From positions 1 through 64,000 of the forward strand of contig JAWODC010000064.1 in assembly GCA_046483495.1 (NCBI GenBank): a stretch of 64,000 bases of DNA, in the 5' to 3' direction. This document shows, piece after piece, positions 1 to 9,461 of the stretch; within the stretch, counting starts at the first letter, position 1; each line of letters opens with the position of its first letter. Position numbers and translations under genes: made by a program. A model generated the notes under the pieces. The model did no database searches. It worked only from the letters and a program-made list of their open reading frames with translations, and had not been told where the DNA came from. The stretch comes from Desulfobacterales bacterium (GTDB lineage: Bacteria; Desulfobacterota; Desulfobacteria; Desulfobacterales; UBA5616).

Positions 1-1
1 T

Positions 2-172
2 GCGACACAGATATACACGTTCTACACCTATGTTCCTGAACCAATTTGGAAGAAAGCCACCGCTAGAATAAACGCACAACCACCTGAACAAGTTGAGAAT
101 CTAAGTATCGATTGGGATGATGAGATATGGTATGTTGAAGCTAATAAATTGACAGGGATTCCATTCGAATGA
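2..172 (+). CDS. 3' end of an unknown ORF entering from outside the window (ATQIYTFYTYVPEPIWKK...LTGIPFE*)
   Basis: Open frame from position 2 to TGA at 170-172 in a stretch more AT-rich than its neighbours; no family recognised. Confidence 0.35.
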   Translation, partial: ATQIYTFYTYVPEPIWKKATARINAQPPEQVENLSIDWDDEIWYVEANKLTGIPFE

Positions 173-437
173 CCGCTTTGACGAGATGAAACGAAAGACC
201 GTATTTTTCTGCGGCTTCCTGAATGATTTCATCATAATAATCCGGCAGGACGCCACTAAACGAAACGGATACTTCACGGATAAATAACTCATACCGATTC
301 GAGGAAGGAACATTGGTATAGTGGCTGACTCCCTCCTCGTCCGTGTAGACATAAATATCCGCCAATGCGCATTCCGCCGCCGTCAGGGTGAAAAGCAAAC
401 ACGCAACCAAGATGGATTTATGACAGCACCGAGACAC
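141..437 (-). pseudogene. Lytic transglycosylase (signal peptide + DUF4124-like N-terminus + SLT domain), truncated right after the catalytic Glu
   Basis: DIYVYTDEEGVSHYTN N-terminus; YDEIIQEAAEKYGL...LVKAVIRMES is the SLT start, then LSIY* in place of the usual xxPxAxSxxGAxGLMQ. Confidence 0.7.
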
Positions 438-446
438 GTTTTCCTC

Positions 447-1364
447 CTACTCGTTTCCGTATCGGCTCTTCTTTTTTGGTGCAGACCACGTCGATTTCGC
501 CATTTCCTCGATATAATGCGTCACCTGGAGGACATTGTTGAGCCCGAAAAAAGGCATTTCGCAATCGATCCCGCTGTAGGGAGACAGCAGCCTTTTTGCG
601 GGCGTTAGAACATTTTTTCTCAAACAGGTCAAGTAGGCTATGGATTCGGCTTCGATTTTCCCTTTGATGTGATCCACATCCCGCCTGTCCTGCCACCAGG
701 CTTTTTCATCGATGCCTAAATGCCCGCAGAAAATATGAGCCATTCCTAAAACGAGGGATGCGTATGCGTGCTCGAGAGGGGCGCCGTCATCAACAGCAAT
801 GAAATACTTCGCCCAACTTTCGAAAGTTTTCGTCTTGAACCGCTCCCTGATATCGAACGTCATCGGATAGCAGCTGCCCGGTTCCAATTCGGCAGGGGGG
901 AAATGGATTGGCTGAATCCCGTGCAGTCGACAATTTCGAAGCGTTTTTTCATAATTTTCCCGAGTGAGCTTTCCCTTTGCACACAACAGTGCCAGCCGGT
1001 TCGGCTCGACAGGGTCTCCTTCGGTGTCATGGATATCATAAACAAATCGAACCGGCGACATCGGGGCGAGAATAATCAACGGTTTTGCACGATATTTGGG
1101 CCTTCTTCGAAATTGGCGCCACCAATTTCCCGGCGTAGTAATATAGGAGATATTCGAATTCTGCAAATACAGCAGCAGCCCGTTAAATGCAGCGTACTGA
1201 GGAAATTCGGCAATAAAATTCAGGAGATCGAAATATTCTGTGCTGTTGCGAAAGCGTCTGTTCGAAAAAAATATCTCATCTGCTGCGTTCGAGTCGGAAT
1301 CAAGCAGGGAATCGATTTCCTCGGTTACATCCCTGGACGGAAACAGGCTGAGCTGGTCGGGCAT
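447..1364 (-). CDS. ArdC-like ssDNA-binding / metallopeptidase-fold protein with degenerate HExxH
   Basis: YAAFNGLLLYLQ...W..RRPK..AKPLIILAP...FVYDIHDTEG N-domain; C-terminal LVLGMAHIFCGH...IEAESIAY; AGGAGG RBS. Confidence 0.6.
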   Translation of the reverse strand: MPDQLSLFPSRDVTEEIDSLLDSDSNAADEIFFSNRRFRNSTEYFDLLNFIAEFPQYAAFNGLLLYLQNSNISYITTPGNWWRQFRRRPKYRAKPLIILAPMSPVRFVYDIHDTEGDPVEPNRLALLCAKGKLTRENYEKTLRNCRLHGIQPIHFPPAELEPGSCYPMTFDIRERFKTKTFESWAKYFIAVDDGAPLEHAYASLVLGMAHIFCGHLGIDEKAWWQDRRDVDHIKGKIEAESIAYLTCLRKNVLTPAKRLLSPYSGIDCEMPFFGLNNVLQVTHYIEEMAKSTWSAPKKKSRYGNE

Positions 1365-1489
1365 TCGGGCCTCCTGAAAAATAGCTTACGTCCATATTAA
1401 AAGCCGTTTTGGGCGCTACTCACGCCCGTTATTCGGACATATTGGATATCGACGTGAAAGAATGGGTCAACCGAAGACACTGCAATTCA

Positions 1490-1631
1490 GTGTCCATCCG
1501 GAAATAGGCAATTTCGCGTGGGTTCAAGGCAGGCGCAAGACCGAAACCGCAGGAATCGTGTGCTATTTTGAGGATTTCGATTTTGCGGCCAACACAGAAA
1601 TCGCGTGAAAGGGCCATTTATGGATGGACAC
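1490..1631. repeat. 142-bp MITE-like palindromic element, copy 1
   Basis: Perfect 10-bp terminal IR GTGTCCATCC/GGATGGACAC; about 12 mismatches versus the reverse complement of 53792-53933. Confidence 0.85.
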
Positions 1632-1832
1632 AACTTAAGAAAAATTATCAGTTCTATGCCACAACTGATAGGTGATGACAAACGGTTTTTTCGATTTTGG
1701 TATTTGGTAATACATTTTTGAACTGACAGTGAAAAATTGACATACACCCGGAAATCATATAAATACAATTCATTGAATAATCGATAGGGCATGCCCTTTT
1801 TTCCACTACGACCAGAAAGGAATCGTAAAGCG

Positions 1833-2309
1833 ATGAGTTTCGATTTTAATGCGGATGAAGTGTTTGAGATGGCGGAGCAAATCGAACGCAATGGTGCTGC
1901 TTTCTACAGGAGCGCCGCAAAAGAAATCACGGATCCGGAAGAACGCCGGCTCTTAAATGACCTTGCCGAAATGGAAAACGAGCACGAACAAACGTTCGCC
2001 CAACTGCGGAAATCCCTTTCCATGAAGGACAAGGAAAGCACCGTTTTTGACCCAATGGACGAAGCGGCCGCATATCTAAGAGCGCTTGCGGATACACGGG
2101 TTTTTTTCGAAAGAGCACTGGATATGTCATCTTTGGAAGCGGTTTTAAAGGATGCGATATTGGCGGAGAAGGACTCCATCGTATTCTATCTCGGCATGAA
2201 GGAGATGGTTCCTTCGGACTTGGGCAAAAATAAGATCGATGCCATTATCAAGGAGGAGATGAGCCATATCCGCTTGTTGAGCAAAAGCCTGCTGGCGTGC
2301 AAACGATAG
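1833..2309 (+). CDS. Ferritin-like / rubrerythrin-family diiron protein
   Basis: MAEQIERNGAAFY, EMENEH, EKDSIVFY, EEMSH diiron motifs; start set at ATG 1833. Confidence 0.85.
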   Translation: MSFDFNADEVFEMAEQIERNGAAFYRSAAKEITDPEERRLLNDLAEMENEHEQTFAQLRKSLSMKDKESTVFDPMDEAAAYLRALADTRVFFERALDMSSLEAVLKDAILAEKDSIVFYLGMKEMVPSDLGKNKIDAIIKEEMSHIRLLSKSLLACKR

Positions 2310-2388
2310 CGCCTGAATTTACTGGAAAGCCGGGTTTTTCACCGCAATGCAGGATATGCAGGCCGTTGTTGAACCGTTTACGGGTGCT

Positions 2389-3096
2389 TTACGCAACTGT
2401 TTTACCATGTTCGGCAACGGCCTTCAATCCTTCCAAATCCACGAGATGAATCCGGCGGCCGTCCACGCGGATCAATCCCTGGTCGGTCAGTCGCGAAAAA
2501 ATGCGCGAGAGCGTCTCCGGAATGGTACCCAGCAGACCGGCCAGTGAACTTTTAGAAATCGTCAGGTTGACCGATGCTTCATTTTTCTGCTCTTTCGCCA
2601 GAGAAACGAGATAGGCGGCCAGCCGCCCCGGGACTTCCTTGAGCGTAAGGTTTTCAATTTGAATGGTAAACCGACGAAGACGCATGGATAACACCGCCAG
2701 CATGTTCAGAGCAAGGGATGGATTTTCGGCGATCAGTCCGGTAAATGCCTGCCGGGGAAAGAACAGCAGGCGGCTTTTTAAGAGCGCCATAGCGTTTGCC
2801 GGAAAGGATCGTCCCGCAAATACAGCCACCTCGCCAAACGGCTCCCCCTGACCCGGCACATGAAGAATCTGCTCCTTGCCCTCCGATGAAGATTTAAATA
2901 TCTTGGCCTGCCCGTCAACAACGATATAGAAGCCGTCCCCCTCATCCCCTTCGAAAAAAATCATTTCGCCTTTTTCGAAGATCTTTTCAATTGCGATGCG
3001 CCTTACAGCCTCCAAATCGGACGGTGGAAGACCTTTGAAAATCGGTGCGCTGCCGATGATACGGGTGGCTTTATCCAACATTATTCCTTTCATCAC
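2389..3096 (-). CDS. Crp/Fnr family transcriptional regulator (HcpR-like)
   Basis: cNMP-binding fold (GEPFGEVAVF) plus HTH GTIPETLSRIF. Confidence 0.9.
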   Translation of the reverse strand: MMKGIMLDKATRIIGSAPIFKGLPPSDLEAVRRIAIEKIFEKGEMIFFEGDEGDGFYIVVDGQAKIFKSSSEGKEQILHVPGQGEPFGEVAVFAGRSFPANAMALLKSRLLFFPRQAFTGLIAENPSLALNMLAVLSMRLRRFTIQIENLTLKEVPGRLAAYLVSLAKEQKNEASVNLTISKSSLAGLLGTIPETLSRIFSRLTDQGLIRVDGRRIHLVDLEGLKAVAEHGKTVA

Positions 3097-3150
3097 TGTG
3101 ATTACCGCATCGAAAAACCATACAAGCCTACGGTGCCTGCCTGCCCGCCC

Positions 3151-4080
3151 TTACGGCGATATGCCTTTGGTTGGGTCCTCGGGTAATCCGTAAACCTGGC
3201 GGGGCCCTAGACAATCAGGAAAGCGGTCGATGCCGGTTTTCCTGAGGGAATAGCAGAAGTGACATTCATCGACATACCTCGCTTCATAGGCGATGCCCGA
3301 CTCCCTGGCCAATTGCGCCGGCCCTCCGCGTATGAGAGGTCCGCATATCGGATGAGCTTCAAAACGATAATCGCATATCAGGTTGGAAAGGGGCGTCAGC
3401 CACATGTTGCCTATGCTGATGCCCTGGCAAATGTGCACATTACCAAATGCATCGACATGGACTCTGGAAGGTGTTTGAAGATCTTCATACGGGCATTCAC
3501 ATAACGTATCCCATTGCCTGAGAGGCAGATTGTCGGTCAGTTTCTCGGCCGCCCGCCCCCTGAATTTCGCTCCCCCACCGATCAGTGGATTCCCCTTGTT
3601 CTCCTCGTTTGTGGATGATTCCGATACCCGGGGGCGTTCAATCGTAATTTGCGAAGCTGCAATACCGATATCCCGGGCCGCGGCATAAGCATTGGCTGCA
3701 GGATTTTCTGTGATGTTTTCATAATGAAACGCATCATTACTGACATTTAGTAGTGTCAGACCTGCTATCGCAAGGGGCTTTAACCACAGTTCGGCATCTT
3801 CTCTGGTAGCAGCGCCATAGGCGTTTGTAACGACGCCGGTTTTGAAACCGGCGGCGGTAGCGAGGCATATGCTTTCATGCAGCAGCGGAAAGTACAAAAA
3901 AGGCTCTCCCCCTTCGAAATAAATCCATTCGACTGTCTCGATTTTCCTTGCCTCATCCAAAACCGCTCTGACCTTGGCGATTGTGAAGGTTCCTGAAGAT
4001 GTGGGACTGCAGTATAAAAAACAATGATCACATGTGAAGTTGCATGCGTAGGTAAGAATAAAGTGGATTCCGTTTAGCAT
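3151..4080 (-). CDS. Radical SAM protein with C-terminal Cys cluster
   Basis: CNFTCDHC motif, EGGEP, C-terminal CECP / HICQG / ECHFC; start set at MLNGIH. Confidence 0.85.
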   Translation of the reverse strand: MLNGIHFILTYACNFTCDHCFLYCSPTSSGTFTIAKVRAVLDEARKIETVEWIYFEGGEPFLYFPLLHESICLATAAGFKTGVVTNAYGAATREDAELWLKPLAIAGLTLLNVSNDAFHYENITENPAANAYAAARDIGIAASQITIERPRVSESSTNEENKGNPLIGGGAKFRGRAAEKLTDNLPLRQWDTLCECPYEDLQTPSRVHVDAFGNVHICQGISIGNMWLTPLSNLICDYRFEAHPICGPLIRGGPAQLARESGIAYEARYVDECHFCYSLRKTGIDRFPDCLGPRQVYGLPEDPTKGISP

Positions 4081-4157
4081 GTTTTTCAACGCTTTGAAAG
4101 GTAACCGATGCACCGACAAACGGATCGGCATCAAACGTGTGCGGAAATATCGCTTGG

Positions 4158-4544
4158 TTATTGAATTTTTGCTCCTCTTTCCTCGAGAAGCTGCCGTAAA
4201 ATGGCCCTGTGGCACCGGGATTCGTCCTTGCAGTAACACCCGATAGAAAAGTCGGTATGATGCGAAAACGCAGCCAGCAGATCCAGATCCCTCTTAGCAT
4301 AAGGGGACTTCATCTCCGCGATGAACCGGCGTTTGAATGCCTCCCAGGATCTCTCATCATGAGAAGGAGGGGTTTCCTTCAATAGGGATTCACTCGGCGA
4401 AAGATTGGGGAACCATACGTCGTAAATATGTTTCGAGATATAATCTTCTTTTCGAACCCCACGCGGCGGCCGCCGGACCGTTCCGATTCGTAATCCCTCT
4501 CCGGGTGTTTTAGGCGTTCCTAATCGTACGATCCGCAGCGCCAT
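4158..4544 (-). CDS. DUF488 (YeaO-like) family protein
   Basis: RIGTVRRPPRGVRK, WFPNLSPS, CYCKDESRCHR. Confidence 0.8.
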   Translation of the reverse strand: MALRIVRLGTPKTPGEGLRIGTVRRPPRGVRKEDYISKHIYDVWFPNLSPSESLLKETPPSHDERSWEAFKRRFIAEMKSPYAKRDLDLLAAFSHHTDFSIGCYCKDESRCHRAILRQLLEERGAKIQ

Positions 4545-4841
4545 TTCACGTCCTTTTCTGTGAGTTCCAGCCACATGGCCATGATACAGTAGCAGCGGAC
4601 GTGAATCAATACTGTTTTCTATGCTCCTCGGACATGAAGGTCAGTTTCATACCGACATTCAGGTCATGATTGTCCGATACCGACGGCCGCCTTTGGCAGC
4701 TCGGGTTTTTGCGTCGTTCGACCGCTTCTCTTTTTCAGACACATTTTTTCCGGCCGTACACATGCACACAGTTTGGATTACAATAGTCTTTGCAATTTAA
4801 CGGATTATACAACGGACATTCCGTATGTCTTTTTGACATGC

Positions 4842-5498
4842 TTATTCCCCCGCCAATCGGTCAGCCTGTTCCAGGAGAAGCGATTTCAGCCTGTTCAGGG
4901 TAGTGGCATAGCCTTGCATGGCAATACCCATCCAGTCACAGTATTCGAGAAATTCTTCCGGGTTTTCAGCCATATAGTTATCCAGATAACCGATGGCATC
5001 CAAGACGACGGCACCGCCGGTATGCCGGGGAAAATTTTCGTTGGCTAAACCTTTATCCCAACCCTTGAAAACCATCTTCCGAAACTTCACCCATCCCGGC
5101 GTCATCCACCACACTTTTTCACCACCGGCGATTTCCAAGGCGATCTTTTCCTGCTCTTTTTCATCGGCGATCATGTTCATGCAATGGGTGGCATCGATTC
5201 GAACAACTCCGGGACCCTGCTCTTCGATGATGGTCTGAATGGTTCTCGTGGGATTATCCGCGTTCACATAACAGTATTTACCGCCGTAAACCACGATGAT
5301 TTTGGATACACGCTCTCTGGCCTGCTTGATTCTTTGTACCAGTTGCCGTTCCAACTCATGGATATCCTGGTGCAGTCCCGGTGTTGTATAATAAATGTAT
5401 TTCGTGTCCAGAAAACCTTCTTCATACAGCCGGTTCAATTCCATGCTCAAGGTGCCGCAGGCGATAACGGCGATATCTGAAAATGAAGATTTCTGCAT
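4842..5498 (-). CDS. DUF1638-like protein
   Basis: IACGTL, PGLH, VVYGGKYCY, HCMNM, WMTPGW pattern. Confidence 0.7.
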   Translation of the reverse strand: MQKSSFSDIAVIACGTLSMELNRLYEEGFLDTKYIYYTTPGLHQDIHELERQLVQRIKQARERVSKIIVVYGGKYCYVNADNPTRTIQTIIEEQGPGVVRIDATHCMNMIADEKEQEKIALEIAGGEKVWWMTPGWVKFRKMVFKGWDKGLANENFPRHTGGAVVLDAIGYLDNYMAENPEEFLEYCDWMGIAMQGYATTLNRLKSLLLEQADRLAGE

Positions 5499-5607
5499 AG
5501 CAGACTCCTTACATTGACGATTGAAAAAAGGCCGATTCAAAAGGATACCACTTTTAGTAAGTTTACGTGCTTCCGGTCCGCATCCGAAAAAGGGCCTTTT
5601 CCTTAAT

Positions 5608-5633
5608 CGACCCCGGGATAATTCCCGGGGTCG
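5608..5633. terminator. Perfect 11-bp hairpin, probable terminator or stabiliser of the minus-strand arsR-cdr-cupin unit
   Basis: CGACCCCGGGA-TAAT-TCCCGGGGTCG, followed on the minus strand by a small hairpin and T-run. Confidence 0.45.
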
Positions 5634-5954
5634 CTATGAAGGAGGGAGAGAAGCCAGTATCCTATTGAATAGGATAAGGAGAACGCCAAGTATTCCCCTG
5701 TCGAATCAATTTTGCAAAAACTGTGCCCAATCCGACAAGTCTTTCTGCAGGACGCAGTGCTCCGCCGAATGCACCCCGAAAGATCCTGTTCATCCCGCTT
5801 TAGAACGGTTTCATTCATTCTCTTTCAATCGACCGATGTCGCATTGCAACGCCCGTTCGGGGATACTGGTAACGTTTTCGTAACGTTTAGTACCCTTTGT
5901 AACACCGTTTCTATCGGCATCCGAAAACCGAAGCTTATCCCGGCCGACTTCAGG

Positions 5955-6269
5955 TCAATAATGTACGGCAAGCCATATGGTTTCGCATGCGGCGTCCGTC
6001 CACTCAACCCGATGCCTTACGTGGGCGTCAATGATCATGTAGTCCCCGGCGTTCAGCACCACGATGTCGTCGCGATTTTCGATCCTTATGCCGGCGCTCC
6101 CTTTTACGACCAAAACGAACTCGTTTTTTTTCTGATCATACCAGAACCCATCGGGCGAAGCATGACCTCTCGACACGATTCGCTTGATTGTTACATGTTC
6201 TGCTGAGCAAAGTGTGTCGAAGCGCTCTTCAGGCATTTTCACAGGTATTTCATCAAGCAAAGATACCAT
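5955..6269 (-). CDS. Cupin domain protein
   Basis: RIVSRGHASP..FWYDQ..EFVLVVKGSA...HVRHRVEWT. Confidence 0.85.
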   Translation of the reverse strand: MVSLLDEIPVKMPEERFDTLCSAEHVTIKRIVSRGHASPDGFWYDQKKNEFVLVVKGSAGIRIENRDDIVVLNAGDYMIIDAHVRHRVEWTDAACETIWLAVHY

Positions 6270-6281
6270 TTTACTTCCGTT

Positions 6282-8792
6282 TTAGATGAAAAGATTCATA
6301 TCGGCATCCTCGGCCTCACTCAGATAATATCCGACGCCTCCGATTTTGACGCCGTCAATCAACTCTTCTTGCTTAAGTCCCATCACATCCATGGACATCT
6401 GACAGGCAACGATTTCAATTCCGCTCTCGACGGCTGAGTGCATAAGGTCTTCGAGAGAAGACACACGTTTGTTTTTCATCACCTGCCGAATCATCCTGCC
6501 GCCCAACCCCAGCATGTTCATATTTGAAAGCTTCAGTCTCCGGGTGCCTCTCGGCATCATAAGCGCGAACATTTTATCCACAAAGCCTTTTTCGGTGGTT
6601 ACTTTTTCAGGTTTTCGCAGAATGTTCAGCCCCCAGAACGTGAAGAACATCGTTACCTTTTTCCCCATGGCGGCGGCCCCATTTGCGATGATAAAAGAGG
6701 CGATTGCCCTATCCAAATCACCGCTGAACACCACCATGGTTTTATTTTTTTTATTGCGGGTTGAAGCGTTGATTTGGCAGATCTCTTTTTCGCCCGTTAC
6801 GCCCTTTTGAATAAGTGCGGTAATGATACCCATATGACTGGACACGTCGAGCAATTGATTATCGGTCCTTCTGCACCAGGCTTGTATATCTTCATAAAAT
6901 CCCGGGTCGGACGCCGAAACCTTCAGAACTTCACCCTCTTTTAATTCATCCATAGCGGACTTTACCTGAAGAAGCGGTCCGGGACAGCAAAGACCACAGG
7001 CGTCAATGGATTTATCAGGAATGATCGTGCTTTTCGTATTTACCGGATTCGCCCGTTCATTTATTTCTTTTAGGGTATGCGCGTCCTGATCGATGATATT
7101 CGGGCTCGGTTCCTGAGAAAGACGGCCATTGGATGAGGCCCCATCTTCCGGATTCATTTCCGACAGCGCCGATTTATAACCACCGGATATATTATAGACA
7201 TCATACCCCTTTTGGCTGAGAATTCGATCGGCTAAATATCCCCGCAACCCTACTTGGCAGTACTCGACGATCGTTTTGTTTTTGTCAAGTTCCCCGATTC
7301 TTTCCCTGAGGCTGTCTACAGGAATATTCACAGCGCCTTCAATATTCCCGTTTTCAAATTCTTCCGAACTGCGGACGTCCACAAGAATGTAATCTTCCTT
7401 ATTTAAATCTTCCATGTCATTCCAAGTAATTACGTTGCTTTTGCCTGACAGTATATTCTGAGCTACATAACCCGCCATATTTACAGGATCCTTTGCCGAG
7501 GAAAAAGGAGGAGCATAGGAAAGCTCTAACTCAGCCAGATCATCGACGGTTCCGTAAAGCCGTATAGCGGCGGCAATCACATCGATCCGCTTGTCGACCC
7601 CCTCGTATCCGATTGCCTGGGCACCCAAAATCTTTCCCTGTTCGGAGAAAAGCAGCTTGAGTGCCATGGGGACAGCCCCGGGATAGTACGATGCGTGCGA
7701 AGCAGGATGAATATGGCAAACCCTGTATGCGATGTCGGCCGATTGCAATGTTTTTTCATTGCCGCCGGTGCATGCGGCAGTCAATTCAAACACCTTGAGT
7801 ATCGAGGTTCCCTGCGTTCCTTTATAGATAGAGGAAAGACCTGCAATGTTATCCGCGGCAATTCTTCCCTGCTTGTTCGCCGGACCGGCCAGCGGAATTG
7901 CTGTTTTTAGACCGGTAACGAAATCCTTTACCTCAACGGCGTCTCCGACCGCATAAATGTCTCTATAATTCGTTTCCATGCGTTCATTGACGATGATGTG
8001 GCCTTTGGGGCCAAGCGCAATGCCGCTATCTTTAATAAAAGCGGTGTCGGGCGACACACCGATGGCCAGCAAGACCAAATCCCCATGTTTCCTCGTGCCG
8101 CCGGCAAGTTCGACTTCCACCTGTTTTCCGTTTTCTCGAAAAGCCGCGACACCGTCTCCTAATGTAAGCTCTATTCCGTTTCGCTGCATTTCTTTTTCCA
8201 CCATCATCACCATATCGGCATCAAACGGCGCTAGAACGTGAGATGCCGCCTCCACCAGATGTACCTGTATACACCTTTTTACCAGATTTTCCGCCATTTC
8301 TACGCCGATAAATCCACCGCCGATAACGACTGCCTCCTTTATCTTTTTGCCATCCGTCATCGTTTTGATGGCATCCGTGTCCGGAAGATTCCGCAGCGTC
8401 AGTATTCTTTCATGCTCTATTCCGGGAATGCCGGGTTTGATCGGTTTGGCACCGGGCGATAAAATAAGATAATCGTAATGCTCTTCATAGACGCCGGCTT
8501 TTCGGCTGTTTACCTTAACGACTTTTCTATTTGGATCCACATGCGTAACGTCACTATGGATCCGTACGTCGATGTTAAATCGCTCATTAAAGGCTTCCGG
8601 GGTTTGCACCAGCAACTTTTCTCTTTCCGTTATGACGCCGCCGATGTAATACGGCAATCCGCAATTGGCAAACGATATGTGTTCGCCCCTTTCGAACATG
8701 ATGATTTCTGCCTGCTCATCCAGTCTTCTGAGTCTTGCGGCTGCAGAAGCTCCACCTGCCACGCCGCCTACGATCAGTATTTTTTTGCTCAT
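6282..8792 (-). CDS. CoA-disulfide reductase - rhodanese - TusA - DsrE/DrsH fusion
   Basis: GGVAGG, SFANCGLPY (CoADR); DVR...YCQVGLRG (rhodanese); CGLCCPGP (TusA); FFTFWGL...IVACQMSM (DsrE2). Confidence 0.9.
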   Translation of the reverse strand: MSKKILIVGGVAGGASAAARLRRLDEQAEIIMFERGEHISFANCGLPYYIGGVITEREKLLVQTPEAFNERFNIDVRIHSDVTHVDPNRKVVKVNSRKAGVYEEHYDYLILSPGAKPIKPGIPGIEHERILTLRNLPDTDAIKTMTDGKKIKEAVVIGGGFIGVEMAENLVKRCIQVHLVEAASHVLAPFDADMVMMVEKEMQRNGIELTLGDGVAAFRENGKQVEVELAGGTRKHGDLVLLAIGVSPDTAFIKDSGIALGPKGHIIVNERMETNYRDIYAVGDAVEVKDFVTGLKTAIPLAGPANKQGRIAADNIAGLSSIYKGTQGTSILKVFELTAACTGGNEKTLQSADIAYRVCHIHPASHASYYPGAVPMALKLLFSEQGKILGAQAIGYEGVDKRIDVIAAAIRLYGTVDDLAELELSYAPPFSSAKDPVNMAGYVAQNILSGKSNVITWNDMEDLNKEDYILVDVRSSEEFENGNIEGAVNIPVDSLRERIGELDKNKTIVEYCQVGLRGYLADRILSQKGYDVYNISGGYKSALSEMNPEDGASSNGRLSQEPSPNIIDQDAHTLKEINERANPVNTKSTIIPDKSIDACGLCCPGPLLQVKSAMDELKEGEVLKVSASDPGFYEDIQAWCRRTDNQLLDVSSHMGIITALIQKGVTGEKEICQINASTRNKKNKTMVVFSGDLDRAIASFIIANGAAAMGKKVTMFFTFWGLNILRKPEKVTTEKGFVDKMFALMMPRGTRRLKLSNMNMLGLGGRMIRQVMKNKRVSSLEDLMHSAVESGIEIVACQMSMDVMGLKQEELIDGVKIGGVGYYLSEAEDADMNLFI

Positions 8793-9095
8793 TCAATCCT
8801 CCACTCCGGAATCGATATCTTTTGTTATGACACCTACCAGTTCGGCTGCCTGCTTGCTGGAAACACGGTAGTAAATCTCGAGTCCGCTTCTCCGGCCCTC
8901 GACAATGCCGGCAGACCGGAGCTTTTGCAAGTGTTGGGAAATGGTGGACTGAGGCGTATCCAAGCATGATTGCATATGGGTTACATTGCATTCCCCGTTC
9001 TCCGTCAAGCCTCTGACAATACAAAGCCTGACCGGATGGGCCAATACTTTCAGCACCTCAGCCGCCTTGTTGTACTTTGAATAATCACCTTCCAT
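8793..9095 (-). CDS. ArsR/SmtB family repressor
   Basis: LKVLAHPVRLCI...CNV...QSTISQHLQKLRSAGIV...IYYRV. Confidence 0.9.
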   Translation of the reverse strand: MEGDYSKYNKAAEVLKVLAHPVRLCIVRGLTENGECNVTHMQSCLDTPQSTISQHLQKLRSAGIVEGRRSGLEIYYRVSSKQAAELVGVITKDIDSGVED

Positions 9096-9180
9096 ACTTC
9101 GCTCTTTTCATAGTAACTTATGAAGGAGGTGTTGTGTTTTCAACGTTGCCGCATACCTCCGGAACTCCGGTTTCGGTAAA

Positions 9181-9243
9181 TGCACATATATATCTATTAA
9201 TCTGTATATCTAAATACATAAATATCAAATGAGCTATTGTCAA
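9181..9243 (-). promoter_or_regulatory. Sigma70-like promoter with AT-rich operator region for arsR-cdr
   Basis: Minus-strand TTGACA-N17-TATGTA followed by repeated AGATAT motifs. Confidence 0.45.
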
Positions 9244-9461
9244 GATTTTTTATGTAATTGATTCAATCTCGAAGGGAAAATCCCACCTCCCCCCTCGAAA
9301 GGGGAAAAGCGGACAGGAGAATGATTTGAATCGGGATGGAGAAACTGCAAGCGGCCAATACGTAGAATACCTGATTGAATCCGAAAGCGGGTTGCCCCAT
9401 GCATCGGGCCGAACGGCAACCGATGCCCGGGGTTGCCCGGACATCTTGTGCGAATTGAATC

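Noticed and set aside
1429..1617. Small ORFs 1429-1617 and 53806-54075 with near-identical N-termini
   Set aside because: The similarity comes from the 142-bp repeat; they are not a protein family.
1660..1685. HcpR/Crp box upstream of the ferritin-like gene
   Set aside because: Only a poor match to TTGTGA-N6-TCACAA.
5603..5818. 71-aa Cys-containing ORF
   Set aside because: No recognisable motif, and its 3' end is a perfect GC-rich hairpin; insufficient support.
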